From: Octopus vulgaris
Taxonomy: Eukaryota
Length of the DNA: 64,000 nucleotides
NCBI GenBank assembly: GCA_951406725.2
Contig: OX597838.1
Span: 16,864,001-16,928,000 of the forward strand
Direction: 5' to 3'
The position numbers and the translations under genes are program-made. Shown in pieces: positions 25,713 through 37,828 of the stretch. The notes beneath the pieces were generated by a model. It was not told the origin of the DNA. It worked only from the letters and a program-made list of their open reading frames with translations, and ran no database searches. Numbering within the stretch: the first letter of the stretch is position 1; every line of letters starts with the position of its first letter.

Positions 25713-25865
25713 ACATACACACACACATATACATACATACATATACATACACACACACATATACATAGATACATATACACACACATATAGGCAGGCAGAG
25801 CCAACTGAAGGGCCATAACTCCGTTAATAGCGATTGCTGTTATAGTCTTTCTTTCTTTTTTTTTT

Positions 25866-26531
25866 TCTTTGTTTCAGTCATTTGTCTGCGGCCATGCTGG
25901 AGCACCGCCTTTAGTCGAGCAAATCGACCCCCAGGACTTATTCTTTGTAAGCCTAGTACTTATTCTATCGGTCTCTCTTGCCGAACCGCTAAGTAACGGG
26001 TTCGTAAACACACCAGCATCGGTTGTCAAGCGATATTGGGGGGACAAACACAGACACACAAACACACACACATATATATAGTAGAAGACACTTGCCCAAG
26101 GTGCCACGCAGTGGGACTGAACCCGGAACCATGTGCTTGGTAAGCAGGCTACTTACCACACAGCCACTCCTGCGCCTGTCATAGATTTTTAAAAACAACA
26201 ACATTTTAATACCGATAAACACCTTCAGTCATTTGTCTGCGGCCATGCTGGAGCATTGCCTTTAGTCGAGCAAATCGACCCCAGGACTTATTCTTTGTAA
26301 GCCTAGTACTTATTCTATCGGTCTGTCTTGCCGAACCGTTAAGTAACGGGGACGTAAACACACCAGCATCGGTTGTCAAGCGATATTGGGAGGACAGACA
26401 CACAAACACACACACACATATATATATATATATAGCAGAAGACACTTACCCAAGGTGCTACGCAGTGGGACTGAACCTGGAACCATGTGCTTGGTAAGCA
26501 GGCTACTTACCACACAGCCACTCCTGTGCCT
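25866..26531 (-). mobile_element. Two tandem internally deleted SINE family A copies
   Basis: 25866-26177 and 26224-26531 share the same internal deletion and the same flank. Confidence 0.85.
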
Positions 26532-26871
26532 ATGTCATAGATTTTTTTAAAAAACATTTTAATACCGATAAACACCAGTGGTTCTTAACCATTTTTTTTG
26601 CCTGTGAACCCCTTTGATCCCTATTTTACTCAACTAGATCTAAACACATGTATAAGAACACTCATATACATATGCACATACATATATACTTATATACACA
26701 CTATGACATATTCAGAACACATGTATAAACACACTCACATACATACATACATACATATACATACATACATACATATATACATACATACATACATACACAT
26801 ACATATATACATACATACATACACATACATATATACATACATATACATACATACATAGATACATACATATA

Positions 26872-27255
26872 TCTCTCTCTATATAAACGGCAGTTTGTCT
26901 GTGCGTGTTTCTGTGTGTCTGTTTTCTCGTACCCTCACTCTGACCACGGCTTTCAACCGATTCTGATGAAACTTGACACACACATAGCCCAATGTCATAA
27001 TTCAAAACTAACGCAGCGAAAATTTTGAAAAGTTTCACCAGTTCTGAAAAAAATCGATAAATTCGACATGGGGTCGAGAATCAGAAACACGAACCACAAA
27101 CTGTCTAGGGGGCGCAACTCCACCTTTTTTAAATCTCAAAAAAATTTACCATCATTTTTTTTCCATTTTTTTGCTATTTTTTGGCTATAACTCTCTAAAA
27201 ATGCTTTATAGTTATTTCCCTTACAAACCTGAGCAACGCCGGGCGATACTGCTAG
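26872..27255 (+). mobile_element. Non-autonomous Helitron-like element
   Basis: A|TC...tatataaa start and GC-rich subterminal segment gagcaacgccgggcgatactgCTAG|T end; no TSD; same 3' end as 48102-48465 (minus). Confidence 0.7.
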
Positions 27256-27669
27256 TACATACATACAATGATATATATTCATTTATATGCACACAACTAC
27301 ACGCATAAACATATGTATAAATACAGTCACATACATACATATACATATATACTTATATACACACAATGATATATTCAGTCATGCACAAGTATACACACAT
27401 AAACACATGGTGTGTTTGCGTCCCTGTAACTTAGCGGTTCAGCAAAAGAGACAGATAGAATAAGTACTAGGCTTACAAAGAATAAGTCCTGGGGTCGATT
27501 TGCTCGACTAAAGGCGTTGCTCCAGCATGGCCGCAGTCAAATGACTGAAACAAGTACAAGAGTACTAAGCTCTGTGGGAGATTTGCATTCAAATTACCTG
27601 CAATAATCTCAGTTGTAGAGACACTCATCACAAAGCTGGTGGTTGATTAACCAATACAGACCATAGGTT

Positions 27670-28050
27670 GTGGAGGCGCAATGGCCCAGTGGTTAGGGCA
27701 GCGGACTCACGGTCATAGGATTGCGGTTTCGATTCCCAGACTGGGCGTTGTGAGTGTTTATTGAGCGAAAACACCTAAAAGCTCCACGGGGCTCCGGCAG
27801 GGGATGGTGATGATCCCTGCTGAAATCTTTCACCACAACTTTCTCTCACTCTTACTTCCTGTTTCTGTTGTACCTGTATTTCAAGGGGCCGGCCTTGTCA
27901 CTCTCTGTGTCATGCTGAATATCCCCGAGAACTACGTTAAGGGTGTACGTGTCTGTGGAGTGCTCAGCCACTTACACGTTAATTTCACAAGCAGGTTGTT
28001 CCGTTGATCGGATCAACCGGAACCCTCGTCGTCGTAACCGATGGAGTGCT
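27670..28050 (+). mobile_element. SINE family B
   Basis: Full-length; TSD acagaccatagg. Confidence 0.9.
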
Positions 28051-28059
28051 CTCGACAGA

Positions 28060-29600
28060 CCATAGGCTGGAACCCTTTCCAAACACCAACAGGTTACCAC
28101 TCAACCCATGACGATTATGTAGGAGTATTTTTGGCACACACTGACCAGCCCAAAACAATTCCAAGAATACTTGCAATCATTCAGTGTATGATCTATCATC
28201 TCTCCAAGAATTCCATTGTGATGTTCAACCACATTACTACTTCATGGATTTTCTGCTTCAGTAGTTCTTGCAATTACATTTAAATTCCGACACATATCTT
28301 GAAGTGCTGGTTGTCAAATTTCCTTCCATTGTCAGAAAAGTTTTTCAATGGATGGATCAAAGTATTCATTCTATTACCAAGGACGACTAATCTGCCAGAG
28401 CAATTTTGTTGCACTTTTCATCTTTTTCTCACCAGTTTTATTGCTAATCTCTTTGACAAATAAAACTTTATATCTCTCACTAACTGTTGACCAATGTCTA
28501 AGTAACAGGCACATAATAGATACCTGAAAAAGTAGCATCCAGTTTCAGTTCCCTTACCAAAATGCAAATGGTTTCGTTTTTAGAATTCAAAACTGCTTTT
28601 GCTCTCTTCATTGCAGACTTTCTCAGTAGCAAGGGTATATTTGCATCTGCAATATCAGCATTGATATCAGCTTTAACATTATATATTACACAAGGATGAA
28701 AACATAAATTCAAAACTGCTTTTGCTCTCTTCATTGCAGACTTTCTCAGTAGCAAGGGTATATTTGCATCTGCAATATCAGCATTGAGATCAGCTTTAAC
28801 ATTATATATTACACAAGGATGAAAACATAAATTCAAAACTGCTTTTGCTCTCTTCATTGCAGACTTTCTCAGTAGCAAGGGTATATTTGCATCTGCAATA
28901 TCAGCATTGATATCAGCTTTAACATTATATATTACACAAGGATGAAAACATAAATTCAAAACTGCTTTTGCTCTCTTCATTGCAGACTTTCTCAGTAGCA
29001 AGGGTATATTTGCATCTGCAATATCAGCATTGATATCAGCTTTAGCGTTATATATTACACAAGGATGAAAACATCAACCCTTTAACCTTAACACCTTGTA
29101 AATAAAATCTTACCTTCTCTCAAACAGTGGAACGGCTTGTCATCATTCATTTATATTCTGTTGGCACTGTATTGTATAAATTGTATTATGGCTTATCTTA
29201 TTTCGTTAGGGATGCGACCGTGTGGCTTACCTATGTCACCAACCTCCTCACATACAGTCGTATTCCTACACATCTTTTTGCTTTTCCCAACTCATTTTCT
29301 ACTCTACTTAATGAAGAAGAGTTTCTACAAAACAATCAAACCAATTTAAACCATCAACTGCAGCAACAGTTCCTGAATTATATCCATACAACCAATAGTT
29401 TCATGTTTGGCATCAATAAACTGTCTTTGGAATCATTGTTATTCTAAGTCACAAAAACAATGTTTCTATGTCATATCTTTGTTCCATATTTTTCCTGTTA
29501 CAATCTCTGATCCAGTGACATAGAATCACATATATTGCATGTTGGAGTTCTACCACCAGGACATGGTGGATTTGGTCCAGTTGAAGAATTTGATGAAGAT
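28060..29600 (-). mobile_element. Degenerate LTR-retrotransposon gag-pol relic (zinc knuckle, protease and integrase fragments)
   Basis: ADIADANIPLLLRKSAMKRAKAVLN...LDATFSGIYYVP (protease C-terminal-like) and FSDNGR (integrase); many stops and frameshifts. Confidence 0.6.
28584..29074. repeat. Four near-identical tandem 123-bp repeats
   Basis: Unit starts at 28584, 28707, 28830 and 28953. Confidence 0.95.
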
Positions 29601-29604
29601 GTCT

Positions 29605-29878
29605 ACGAGCGTGATCATTACCAGTGTCGCCTTACTGGCACATGAAAAACATTCGAGTGAGGTCGTTGCAAGTGCTGCTGGACTGGCTCCTGTGCAGGTG
29701 GCACGTAAAAGCACCCACTACACTCTCGGAGTGGTTGGCGTTAGGAAGGTCATCCAGCTGAAGAATCTCTGCCAGATCAGATTGGAGCCTGGTGCAGCCA
29801 TCTGGTTCACCAGTCCTCAGTCAAATCGTCCAACCTATGCTAGCATGGAAAGTGGACGTTAAACGATGATGATGATGA
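29605..29878 (+). mobile_element. Retroposon family D 3' end
   Basis: Identity to other family D copies; (GAT)n tail. Confidence 0.8.
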
Positions 29879-31523
29879 AGATTGTTCAACTATGGTTGCC
29901 ATCTTCTCCAGTAAAATAAAACAAAACAAAAACCTTCTTAAGCTATATATAATATGCAAGCTCAAAGAACAATAACTCATGAAAAAAATATATAATATTG
30001 GTTTCAAATTTTGGTACAAGGCCAGCAATTTCGAGAGAGGGGCCAAGTCGATTCCGTTGACCCCAGTGCTCAACTGGTACTTATTTTATCAACCACAAAA
30101 GGATGAGAGACAGAATTGACCCTGGTGGAATTTGAACTCAGAATGTAAAGACAGACGAAATGCTGCTAAGCATTTTATCCTTTCTACTAAAATTTGGTGG
30201 ATGGGGACTAGTCAATTACATCGACCCCAGTGCTTTACTGGTACTTAATTTATCGACCCCAAAAGGATGAAAGACAAATTTAGCCTTGGCAGAATTTGAA
30301 CTCAGAACATAATGACAGACGAGGTACCGCTAAGCATTTCACCTGGCGTGCTAACAAATCTGCCAGCTTGCTGCCTTGCCAGGGGCATTTTGTCCTCCAC
30401 AGTAATGATTCTGCTAGTTCACTGCCTTATAACAATATACAATATTAACAATCATCATCATCATCACCACTATCATTAAGTCCACATCTCCCCATTTACA
30501 TGGGTTGGACAAGTCAACTTCAGCACATCTCCCCACTTGTTTCTGGTCCTTCATAATCTCTTTGTGAGGCCTGGCATCTTATATCAGTTTGATAAAGAAT
30601 GTAAATGGCAGTGCCCCAGCATGGCCACAGCTCGTGAGCTGAAACTAGATAAAATAAAATTAAAAAAAAAGATATATATATATATATATATAAAAAGAAA
30701 AGAAAGAAGCTAAAACTAATATAAAATCAAAGAAAAAATAAAACACCATTGTTATATTTTTAAATATACATTCTTTAATTAAAGATATACCAAATGAATT
30801 TATATTCAAAAAGACACAAAATATATTTCATAAAATTCTTTGAAGGTGTGCAAAGGTGAGAATATAAATGGTTTGCATTTGAGTGTGATAATGAAAAATA
30901 ATTGTGTAAAAATGATAGGTATATATTTAGTTAGATGCTGACAAAGAGAAGCCTGTCTTTATTATTTATTTATTTAATGATAATTTTAAAATAAGAATAA
31001 AATTATTACATGATTTTTTTTCTTCTCAAACAGCTGAAAATACAATTATATACATTCTTTGATTAATTCTTTGGCATTTCTGAGTTCAGAACCATAAAGT
31101 TTGAATCTCCAAGATGGATTCTTAGAAGCAGATCATTTTAATGCAGAAGATGTCAGAATGAATAACAAATAAGATCTTAGTAATTCTTTAAGAGAAAGAC
31201 AAGAGAAAAACGTATATGTAGTTTTATGTACACACATAACTTTTTAGATATATTTACATATTTTATTGTATGTGCCGTAGATGAGACAGTTTTGACAGAA
31301 ATGACAAAGAACATACAATTGAGTTTGGCATAAAATAAAATAATTTCTAAGATTCATTTGGATTCTACTAAATTAAAAGAAAAAATATTTGTTTTTCGAA
31401 TTCCTGAATTTACTTGGCCAAACAAGCCTTTTGTTTTGTCATGTATCATAATCCAAAAATTAAGAGAACACTAAATCAACAATGCAGAGCTAAATTCATA
31501 ATCTTGTGATTCAAGTTTCTTCA

Positions 31524-32478
31524 TTAACCCTTTTGATACCATCCCGGCTGAAACCAGCTCTGGTTTTGTAGTACAAATGTCTTGTTTTCATAAGTTCTGA
31601 ATTAAAATCTTCCACCAAACCTTAGTCACAATTTATATTCCTAACACTAGCTTAACCCTTTCATTACCAACCCGGCTGAAACCGGCTCTGGCTCTGAGTA
31701 CAAATGTCCTGTTTTCATAAGTCCTGAATTAAAATCTTCCACCAAACCTTAGTCACAATTTATATTCCTAACACTAGCTTAACCCTTTCATTACCAACCC
31801 GGCTGAAACCAACTCTAGTTTTGTAGTACAAATGTCTTGTTTTCATAAGTTTTGAGTCAAAATCTTCCACCAAACCTTAGTCACAATTTATATTCCTAAC
31901 ACTAGCTTAACCCTTTCATTACCAACCCAGCTGAAACTGGCTCTGAGTACAAATGTCTTGTTTTCATAAGTTTTGAATTAAATTCTTCCACCAAACCTTA
32001 GTCACAATTTATATTCCTAACACTAGCTTAACCCTTTCATTACCAACCCGGCTAAAACTGGCTCTGGCTCTGAGTACAAATGTCTTGTTTTCATAAGTTC
32101 TGAATTAAAATCTTCCACCAAACCTTTGTCACAATTTATATTCCTAACACTAGCTTAACCCTTTCATTACCAACCCGGCTGAAACTGGCTCTGGCTCTGA
32201 GTACAAATGTCTTGTTTTCATAAGTTTTGAATTAAATTCTTCCACCAAACCTTAGTCATAATTTATGTTCCTAACACTAGCTGAATGATAACTAAGTTAT
32301 TTACTAAATTCTTTGTAAAATTTAAAGTAATTGAAAGAAACACAGAGCATTTCAAAATAAATAGAGTAACAAAAGGGTTAATGATAACTATGTTATTTTA
32401 CTACAGTCTTTGTTATATTTAAAGTAATTGAAAGAAACACAGAGCATCTCAAAATAAATACAGTAACAAAATGGTTAA
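31524..32478. mobile_element. piggyBac-type MITE with six tandem about 127-bp units
   Basis: TTAACCCTTT starts at about 31524, 31652, 31779, 31907, 32028 and 32155; the other terminus is duplicated (about 32380 and 32478). Confidence 0.8.
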
Positions 32479-33412
32479 ACTACTTTTATTATTTTTGTAT
32501 GATGGAATTACAGGTAATTATTTTATTATTTTTGTATGATGGAATTACAGGTAATTGTTTTTATGAGCTTTTGGAGGGATATTTACCACAAAAATATTGC
32601 AGTTCATTTTCTTGAAAAACTATAAGTATCTCTACCAAAATAAACTGAAGCTTTTTGTCCTCAAATAAGTATTAAAATGAAGATTGATGCAGTTATGTTA
32701 TTTTTTACTTTTTGTTTTTTTAACTTGACACAAAACAAATGCCCGAATGACACAGAACAGATAAACTTGAGTAATTTCCCCTTAAAATAAGGTTTTTTTT
32801 TTTAATGATATTCATTGGTTTTGACATGTGATTAACTTTAAAGAATTATTTTGATCAGAGTTAAATTTATGACAACATTAAATATGCGCTTTGTTCAGTG
32901 CAATGTAACAAGAAAACCAACATATATACTAGTCAGATCAAGTTTTGGTGGCAGTTTTTGCTATGCATATAAAAAAGGAGTTAGTCAAAATTAGTTGAAA
33001 TTTTCATTTGGGAGATTCCTATAATCAAAAATATAAAAGCGAATGATTTTTTTATAAAATATTTTAGTTCAAGAAGGAAAAAAACAATACTTTTTAAAAA
33101 CATGAAAAATATTGTACAATAAAGTTTGAGTTAATAAACTGTACCAAAAAAGTATGGTTAAGAAGCTAAACACAGTTTCACAACTGTGTGGTTTCGAGTT
33201 CCGTCCCACTGCATGGCACTTTAATCAAGTATCTTCAAACATAGCCTTCAACTGATTAAACGTTAACTCTTTAGCATTTAAACCAGCCAGAATGCATTTC
33301 CTGTTATGCATTCAAACTGGCCAGGTCCTGCCTTTTGCACCTACCCTACAATGTCAGTGTAGAATTAAACAATAATATCACCGAAAGCTCAAATCTGTTG
33401 TGAGATAATGCA

Positions 33413-33824
33413 TACTCTTTTACTTGTTTCAGTCATTTGACTGTGGCCATGCTGGAGCACCGCCTTTAGTCGAGCAAATCGACCCCGGGACTTATTCTTT
33501 GTAAGCCCAGTACTTATTCTATCAGTCTCTTTTGCCGAACCGCTAAGTAACGGGGACATAAACACACCAGCATCGGTTGTCAAGCAATACTAGGGGGACA
33601 AACACAAACACACAAACATACACGCACACACATATATATATATATATACATATACACGACGGGCTTCTTTCAGTTTCCGTCTACCAAATCCACTCACAAG
33701 GCTTTGGTCGGCCCGAGGCTATAGTAGAAGACACTTGCCCAAGGTGCCACGCAGTGGGACTGAACCCGGAACCATGTGGTTGGTTGGTAAGCAAGCTACT
33801 TACCACACAGCCACTCCTGCGCCT
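33413..33824 (-). mobile_element. SINE family A nested in a piggyBac-type MITE (33263-33908)
   Basis: Full-length copy; the MITE halves resume on both sides. Confidence 0.88.
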
Positions 33825-34367
33825 AATGCTCCTGCATGCTTAATTTTTAAAAAAATGTGAATAGATAAGCATTACATTTGACAGATAATCTGAATGCTAA
33901 AGGGTTAAAGTTTATGGGAGTAAAATTTGGTCGATGGGGACTTTGTGGAAGCTTGTTAGGAGTGGGTAAATGTTCTTGCTCTGTCACAAAGTTTAAAACC
34001 ATACTCTGGCCATTGGTTGTCTTTAACAGAGTCTATTCTGCCATAAGAATATTTCTTTGTGGGTTTCTTGTCTGAAGAGAATTTCCCCTTTTCCTCTCAC
34101 TGAAACCCCTAAAAAAAAGGTTAAAGGCACAACCATTACTCTTTAGAATAAGGCATAAAAAAATTATAAAATAATACAATAAGTCAATTGAAATGAATTC
34201 TGGAAAATCTATAATAAATTTAATATGCATAATTATTGCAAGTTAATTAATTTGATGATGTTAACTTGGTAAAAATTTTCGATGATGATCTTTGTGCAAT
34301 TACAAAATTGATTTTAAAAACTCCTCTTCACAATTCTTATGACATTACAGACTGAAAGTTACTTTTT

Positions 34368-34690
34368 AATAATAATAATAATAATAATAATAAAAATAAT
34401 AATAATGAAATTATTGTATACAGTGCTTAGGTGCACTACAGCTTGTCAAAAGTGCATATAAAGCATATGCAGTAATGTACAAATGTCTGGGAAGCGAACA
34501 GTGTATGAGTCAGTTACATGCTGGCGTGTGTATGGAGGGGAGAAAAATCAGGTGTAGTGTTGGCGAATCTCAGGAAGCATGGAAGTTTTGAAGGATGCAG
34601 TGCTCCGACAACTAACAACTGATGCCGGCAGTTTGTTCCATGCTTCAGCAACTCTTAGTGTGAAAAAATGTTTCCGAAAGTCACGGGAAA
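34368..34690 (-). mobile_element. CR1-type LINE 3' end with (TTA)n tail
   Basis: Near-identical to 38990-39285. Confidence 0.85.
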
Positions 34691-35132
34691 GTCATATTAA
34701 ACAGAATAAAAAGTTTCCTCATGAGGACCGTGGATCATCAAAAGCTTAAATACGCTTACAATGATTTCAATAGATAAAAACGGTCATTCAAACAGTGAAG
34801 AACAAAGTTATTGACCTTTTCACTCAAAATAAGAATGAGTTTATATTTTTAAAATATTTCTAAGTATTAAATTACATTTTATTACTATTTTTTTATCATA
34901 CTTTCAAGATTTTTCGTTACATCCTTTATCTTTTACTTGTTTCACTCATTGGACAGAGACAATGCCATGGCGCTGTCTTGAAGGGTTTCGTTGAATGAAT
35001 TGAGCCCCAGTACATGTTTCTTAAGTTTGGCACTTATTCTATCAGACTAAATCATTGGGACATAAACAAACCAACACTGGCTGTCAAGCATCAACAGTTG
35101 GAGGACAAACACAAATGCACATGCACCCCACA

Positions 35133-35194
<62 letters not shown>

Positions 35195-35756
35195 TTACAT
35201 ACACACACATCAGTCGATTTCACTCACTTTCTGTCAACCAAATTCACTCACAAAGCATTGTTGTTGTTGCTAAGCAACAAGATGGGTAAGGGTGATTAGG
35301 TGATGGTCTAGGGCTTAGGGGGCGGGAAACCCCAGACCTTGAAAAATAAAAACTTTGGTCGTCTTGTTGTAATCGAAGGATCTTCGTTGACATCCGACAC
35401 CACTTGGAGGTGGCCCTCGAAGTCGCTGGAAATGGAGATCTCCAGGTCCAAATTCTTGAACGGCCTCACAAAGAATTGGTCTGCCTGTGGCTTAGGAGAA
35501 GACACTTGCCCCAGGTAGTGTGAAGTGGGACTGAATATATACATATAATATTAGATATGTAGATGTATACACAAGGGTACTAAATGAGTACCTACATCAC
35601 TAAAAGACAGAAGTCAAAAAATACTTCAGTACCACTGAATAGTCACAATTTTATTACAGACATGATAGGAAAAAATCTTAGTGAACAACAATAATGTCTT
35701 ACCTCTACATATACATATACATATATATAAACCTCGCTAAGATAAATATTTCAATT

Positions 35757-35826
35757 AACCTGAAGATTGACTGTAAACATAACTCGAATTATTACGAATT
35801 GTACAGCCATGAAACGATTGTAGTGT
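35757..35826 (+). ncRNA. Putative type I hammerhead ribozyme motif (Penelope-LTR type)
   Basis: CTGAAGA core at 35760, stem II tgactgta/tacagcca, GAAAC-gatt-GTA; stem I weak. Confidence 0.45.
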
Positions 35827-37183
35827 TTTACTCTTTATCTTTTATTAAACTTTTAATACTTTTGATATATATTTAAAATAATATAAATTAATTAATTTTA
35901 TGTATTGGCTTAAGTTTTTCATTGTTTGATTTTCCTAATAGTGGTTTTATCTCTAATTTAATATAATATAATATATTTTACTATAAAATTGGATTTAATC
36001 CTAAATCTGATTTTTCCCTGTAAGTTTGGATTTATTCCCTAATATTTTATTATATATATATATAAGATACACGGAATTTTGTCAGTGAACAGGTCGTGGT
36101 CTCAAAGTGACAAAAATATTTTGACAAATTAAATTTAAATGTAGAAGTGAATCTAACAGTTTGGCTTATAAACACCTTCCATGCTGCAATTGTTATATAC
36201 ACACACACAATGGGCTTCTTTCAGTTTCCATGTATCAAATCCACTCACAAGGTTTTGGTTGGCCTATGGCTATAGTATAGTAGACACTTGCTCAAGGTGC
36301 TGTGCAGTGGAACTGAACCTTGATGCATGCGGTTAGGAAGAAACCTTTGTACCACATAGAGTATATGAAAGCAATTCTTAAACATTTTTCTGAAGTAGCA
36401 CCCATAAGAATTGAAGTCATGACCTGCCATTGGTCTCTTTTATTAATTCCAACTGAATTTCTTTTTGATATTGTTATTGTTTTTATTTTTTTACTTATCT
36501 TTCTTCTCTGTAATGCATATTCTCTCTGACAAAACTATATTGCAGGAGAACTTTGGAAATATTTTCAAAATTATTTATTTACAGAATGGAAATATTTTTT
36601 ATTGTGGTCTTACTGATATATCAAAACTTTTAGAGAACATTCACGATAATTAGTAATTGATTTAAATAATCAGTTAGCAATTTAAATAATATCTATGAGT
36701 TAAAATTTTAAAACAACACTTTAATTAATTAACTGGAAGAAATATAAGGTATCTAAAAGAAGGTACTAAGAGTTTCAGAATAAAACCAGATAATTTCATA
36801 TTTGACGTTTGTAAAATCGAATTTGCTTTAGTTTCAATTTCATTTCAACTTGACTAGCATGTCTCATGTCTCATGGATGCCTTGCGGCTCCTCATTTTAT
36901 TGTTGAATCCCAACAAAATATTTAAAGATCAGCAGATAATTATTGAAAGGCATACAATTATGACACTGGCTTCGTCTTTGGTAGATTCAGCGACTTGTCT
37001 TGCTTGGTGTGCCCACTTTGGATTGTGGAAGAATTCTCACATCTGTCCGGGGCAAAAAACTCCATTCAAACTAAGTCGAACATTTTTTTCCACACCTCTT
37101 ACTTGCTGTTCATAGTGTGTACCACTTACGATAATGAAATGTTAAATTGCAATAAACTTTTTGGATCACTATGATTTTACAAG

Positions 37184-37440
37184 TGGAGGAACGCGGCCTA
37201 GTGGTTAGGGTGTCAACATCATGATTGTAAGATTGTAGTTTCGATTCCTGGACTGGGAGACGCGTTGCGTTTTTGAGCAAAACACTTCATTTCATGTTGC
37301 TCCAGTCCACTCAGCTGGCAAAAATGAGTGACACTGCGATGGACTGGCATCCCGTCCAGCTGGGGAACACATATGCCATTGAAACCGGGAAACCAGGCCC
37401 ATGAGCCTGGTTAGGCTTTAAAAGGGTGCATTTATTATTT
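37184..37440 (+). mobile_element. tRNA-derived SINE (family E-like)
   Basis: CGGCCTAGTGG and GTTTCGATTCC boxes; TSD tatgattttacaa. Confidence 0.8.
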
Positions 37441-37771
37441 TTTTTTATGATTTTACAAACATCAAATAGGAAATTACCCAAAACCAAACTGAAATTGTAA
37501 ATTATCTCTCAGTATAAAGTTATAAAAAAGATTTTAAGTATATTAAATAAGCTTTTTGACTTAGTTCTGAATAATCAAATTGATTTGTTTGGTGGTTGCA
37601 ATCTCGTTCTGTTTTCTTCTTTGGTAAGTTTTAATTTCTTACTCATTTGTCATTCAGTCTGATAGAAAGGATATTAGATGGAAAATATATTTTTTTCCCT
37701 TCCTTTATAAGTTTTCTTCATGATATAAGGAAGGCACAATTTTCACAGTTAAAGAAGTAGTATTCACATTA

Positions 37772-37828
37772 TCAAAGCCCAGTGGCTGCTTCAGAATCAT
37801 TCATTTCATGATCACAAGCATCAGCTTC
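37772..37828 (-). CDS. Candidate terminal coding exon of the DRAM/TMEM150-like gene
   Basis: ttctcttttctag|[21 protein letters not shown]; good acceptor and right phase but no family motif. Confidence 0.55.
   Translation of the reverse strand, partial: EADACDHEMNDSEAATGL

Noticed and set aside
28584-29074. CRISPR-like array or repeat protein gene
   Set aside because: No unique spacers, eukaryotic context, and the unit derives from a retrotransposon protease region.
30770-31190. Extra 3' exon of the DRAM-like gene (pyrimidine tract plus AG at about 31187; similar candidates at about 34072 and 36452)
   Set aside because: Acceptor-like sequences are common in AT-rich DNA; no coding homology and no way to support them without RNA data.
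36873-37115. 80-aa ORF faintly like a Merlin/ISXO2 transposase N-terminus
   Set aside because: Resemblance is limited to a few residues and no TIRs were found.
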